DNA of 63,971 bases, filler included, from Collodictyon triciliatum (Eukaryota), in assembly GCA_043381765.1 (NCBI GenBank). It is 12 parts of 12 records of this genome, joined end to end, with 100 filler letters (N's around TTAATTAATTAA, not from the genome) between each part and the next. Parts side by side here need not be neighbours in the genome. Positions count along the whole stretch, not along the records: positions 58,389 to 60,764 come from JBHJMP010004922.1; positions 60,865 to 63,971 come from JBHJMP010004955.1; 10 more parts are not named here. One strand, written 5' to 3'. The notes below the pieces were generated by a model that was not told the origin of the DNA, did not search any database, and saw only the letters and a list, made by a program, of their open reading frames with translations. Numbering within the stretch: the first letter of the stretch is position 1; each line of letters opens with the position of its first letter. This document shows, piece by piece, positions 60,618 to 63,971 of the stretch. The position numbers and the translations under genes are program-made.

Positions 60618-60983
60618 TCGTTTCTACTTATTAATTTTTTTTGATCGTGTGGGAATAAGTATTTTTTGTTTTTTGTTTTTTTGTTTTTTGTTTTTTGTTT
60701 TTTGTTTTTTGTTTTTTGTTTTTTGTTTTTTGTTTTTTGTTTTTTGTTTTTTGTTTTTTGTTTTNNNNNNNNNNNNNNNNNNNNNNNNNNNNNNNNNNNN
60801 NNNNNNNNTTAATTAATTAANNNNNNNNNNNNNNNNNNNNNNNNNNNNNNNNNNNNNNNNNNNNTTCTTCTTCTTCTTCTTCTTCTTCTTCTTCTTCTTC
60901 TTCTTCTTCTTCTTCTTCTTCACTCTCTTCTCCATATCTATTTTCTCCCTATATCTATAACCTATTCGATTTCCGTTGCACAG

Positions 60984-63685
60984 TGGATGGTGAGCTACAT
61001 CTCTTTGGGTCCGAGTTCATCATGACAGAGAATCTTGTGGAGCACATTTCAATGGAACTGAAACACAACTCTTTTCTCCGAGTTTACGCCCGCCCAGACT
61101 CGCGGTACTCTACAATTCGGTTCAACATCGACTTGAACAACTCCACTGTTTACCCAAAGACGCTTGACCAAGTATCAAACGAAGTCAGTATGCTGTACCA
61201 CTTGACATCATCACCAAATAACCAGGCATACAGCCTAAACTTTTTACATGAGAAGATAAGCTCCACTCGTGATTCGTGTCCCTACTTCACAGCTCAAATT
61301 CTTTTGCGCAAAGAAACAACTATTACCCAGCAACTAGCTTGCCCGCAGCCCCTTCCTCGATATAACTTCCCAGCTCAAGAAGTAGTTGTAAGTAGCTTTG
61401 TGTAGTCCTTATTTTTTTTTTTTTAAGGTTTGTTTCCCAATTATAAAAATACTCGCTCTGTTATGAACCAATGAAAGTGGAATNNNNNNNNNNNNNNNNN
61501 NNNNNNNNNNNNNNNNNNNNNNNNNNNNNNNNNNNNNNNNNNNNNNNNNNNNNNNNNNNNNNNNNNNNNNNNNNNNNNNNNNNNNNNNNNNNNNNNNNNN
61601 NNNNNNNNNNNNNNNNNNNNNNNNNNNNNNNNNNNNNNNNNNNNNNNNNNNNNNNNNNNNNNNNNNNNNNNNNNNNNNNNNNNNNNNNNNNNNNNNNNNN
61701 NNNNNNNNNNNNNNNNNNNNNNNNNNNNNNNNNNNNNNNNNNNNNNNNNNNNNNNNNNNNNNNNNNNNNNNNNNNNNNNNNNNNNNNNNNNNNNNNNNNN
61801 NNNNNNNNNNNNNNNNNNNNNNNNNNNNNNNNNNNNNNNNNNNNNNNNNNNNNNNNNNNNNNNNNNNNNNNNNNNNNNNNNNNNNNNNNNNNNNNNNNNN
61901 NNNNNNNNNNNNNNNNNNNNNNNNNNNNNNNNNNNNNNNNNNNNNNNNNNNNNNNNNNNNNNNNNNNNNNNNNNNNNNNNNNNNNNNNNNNNNNNNNNNN
62001 NNNNNNNNNNNNNNNNNNNNNNNNNNNNNNNNNNNNNNNNNNNNNNNNNNNNNNNNNNNNNNNNNNNNNNNNNNNNNNNNNNNNNNNNNNNNNNNNNNNN
62101 NNNNNNNNNNNNNNNNNNNNNNNNNNNNNNNNNNNNNNNNNNNNNNNNNNNNNNNNNNNNNNNNNNNNNNNNNNNNNNNNNNNNNNNNNNNNNNNNNNNN
62201 TATTTTGAATCTCTAGTTGAATCGATGATATTTTCTTTTCTTTTTGAGAATAATATTTATGTTTTTTTTTATCTTAGCTATCATAGTGCAGCGTGTATTC
62301 CATTCGTCTGGAACCTCCAAGTTTGTTCATTTATTCCTTCATTTACTCACTCATTCTTTATTTATTCATTTATTTTCGGTCTTCAGTACTTTTAGTCCTT
62401 TATCGTTCGTTAAATTAAGTTTTATCATATTCTTTTATGGCGAGTAGACAGCTGCCGCATACCTAATCCATTTTGCTCGCAGGTGGCACCTGTCAACCCA
62501 ACTCCACACGTGAGAGAGGTTTTGCCTGCAGGTGGATATGAACTCTCAACTGAAACGGTTTGTGTTTTCTTCATTCTTGGTCGTTTTTACTCAATTGATT
62601 TCCCCCCTTTTTCCCTTTTTCCCTTTTTCTCCTTTTTCTCCTTTTTCTCCTTTTTCTCCTTTTTCTCCTTTTTCTCCTTTTTCTCCTTTTTCTCCTTTTT
62701 CTGCTTTTTCTCCTTTTTCTGCTTTTTCTCCTTTTTCTGCTTTTTCTCCTTTTTCCCTTTTTCCCTTTTTCCCTTTTCCCTCTTCTCCCTTTTCTTTCTT
62801 TTTAAGTATCTTCCAATAGGAAACTGTATTGGATATATCCGTCACCACCGAGCTTTACAACAAAGACAAAGTGCTTGTCGAATCAGGAGACCAATCACTT
62901 TTGCTAGCGTTTTACATGGAAACTCCCAACGGTGGTGCAAAGATATATCCGACCCAGGCATCTATTAATTCGGAGAAAGTCAAAATAACCTTGAAATTCG
63001 CGAGCAGTATGTCTACTTTAGTTCACTTTTATTTGTTTTGTTGTCGTATTATGCCAAAATTCTTAGAATGTAATTTCTCTGGAACATGTGTATGTTTGTC
63101 TCTTCTCTATCTCATACTATATTATTTATTTTTATTTATTTATTTATTATTTTCAGTAAGTCATTTCGCTGATGTGGGATTGATTTTTTTCTAGTCAACA
63201 AATATTTGTTAAGTACAATTTCCTATAGAACTCTTCAAACCTGCACAAACATACTTTCTGAAACTTACTCCTGAACAGCTGTACGACAATAACAACAGAG
63301 AGGTGGGAACTTTTTGGATTGTTTTGTTTCTTATCATTATTTTGTCCATCTGTTTATTTATTAGAAGTTGCATCCGAATATCCAGCTATTTTATGAATGT
63401 ATTTTATTTTTAAAAATATATTAAAAATATTGTTTCTATTTAATCCACTTTTCTAACTTGTTAATGCATTGCAGCTTGTCTTGGCTTCAGAGCATAAATA
63501 CAGTTATATGGACAACCGATGTGGTGACCATGGCCATATGGGTCCTGGTTTCATATGTATCTGCGATGAGGGCTGGGTTGGTCGCCATTGCGAAATCGAC
63601 GTGTCACGTATATGTGGAGAGCATGGCCATGTGAATAACAACATGTGTATCTGTGATGTTGGTTATGATGGCGATGTTTGTGAGG
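60984..63685 (+). CDS. Partial extracellular protein with two EGF-like repeats (spans N-gap 61484-62200)
   Basis: In-frame beta-rich exons, then CGDHGHMGPGFICICDEGWVGRHCE and CGEHGHVNNNMCICDVGYDGDVCE. Confidence 0.65.
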
Positions 63686-63868
63686 TTAGTGAAGAACCTC
63701 ATCATGATTATACTTATTTTTTGATTGATGGCTTTGGTATGGCTTCCATGTCGTTTTTTTTCGGTTTCTTTTCAGTTTATTTGGCATGATCGAGAAGAGC
63801 TTCATGGGGACGGCTTCCATGTTGTATCTTTTTTACTATGGCTTTGTCTCTCAATTAGAAACCACTTG

Positions 63869-63968
<100 letters not shown>

Positions 63969-63971
63969 TTT

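Overview
This is intron-rich, AT-rich, microsatellite-laden genomic DNA from a microbial eukaryote (standard genetic code; organism not identifiable from the sequence). It is not one locus. About 12 unrelated contigs, most ~5.8 kb, are joined by artificial N44-TTAATTAATTAA-N44 spacers, so adjacency across spacers means nothing. Recognisable genes are cornichon, cytosolic glutamyl-tRNA synthetase, TM9SF, an LRR-kinase-SAM protein, tRNA-Phe(GAA), a Myb-type factor, SLC38A9, HACD/PHS1, an LEA2-like protein, peroxisomal 2,4-dienoyl-CoA reductase, an RNA polymerase largest-subunit start, an Atg22-type MFS transporter, and mucin-like and EGF surface proteins. There is also a decayed STAND-TPR-pentapeptide-WD40-Sel1 gene and two copies of an L1/Tx1-like LINE. 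Two observations stand out. (1) An ultra-short insertion family (18-nt core CTTTGAATCGAATAAAGG plus A-tail) flanked by ~14-18-bp target-site duplications occurs 5-7 times on different contigs. (2) One gene model splices in frame as signal peptide-DOMON-DOMON-cytochrome b561-TM-copper type II (DBH/PHM-like) monooxygenase, a candidate self-reducing copper monooxygenase. Exon boundaries were inferred by eye and are approximate.
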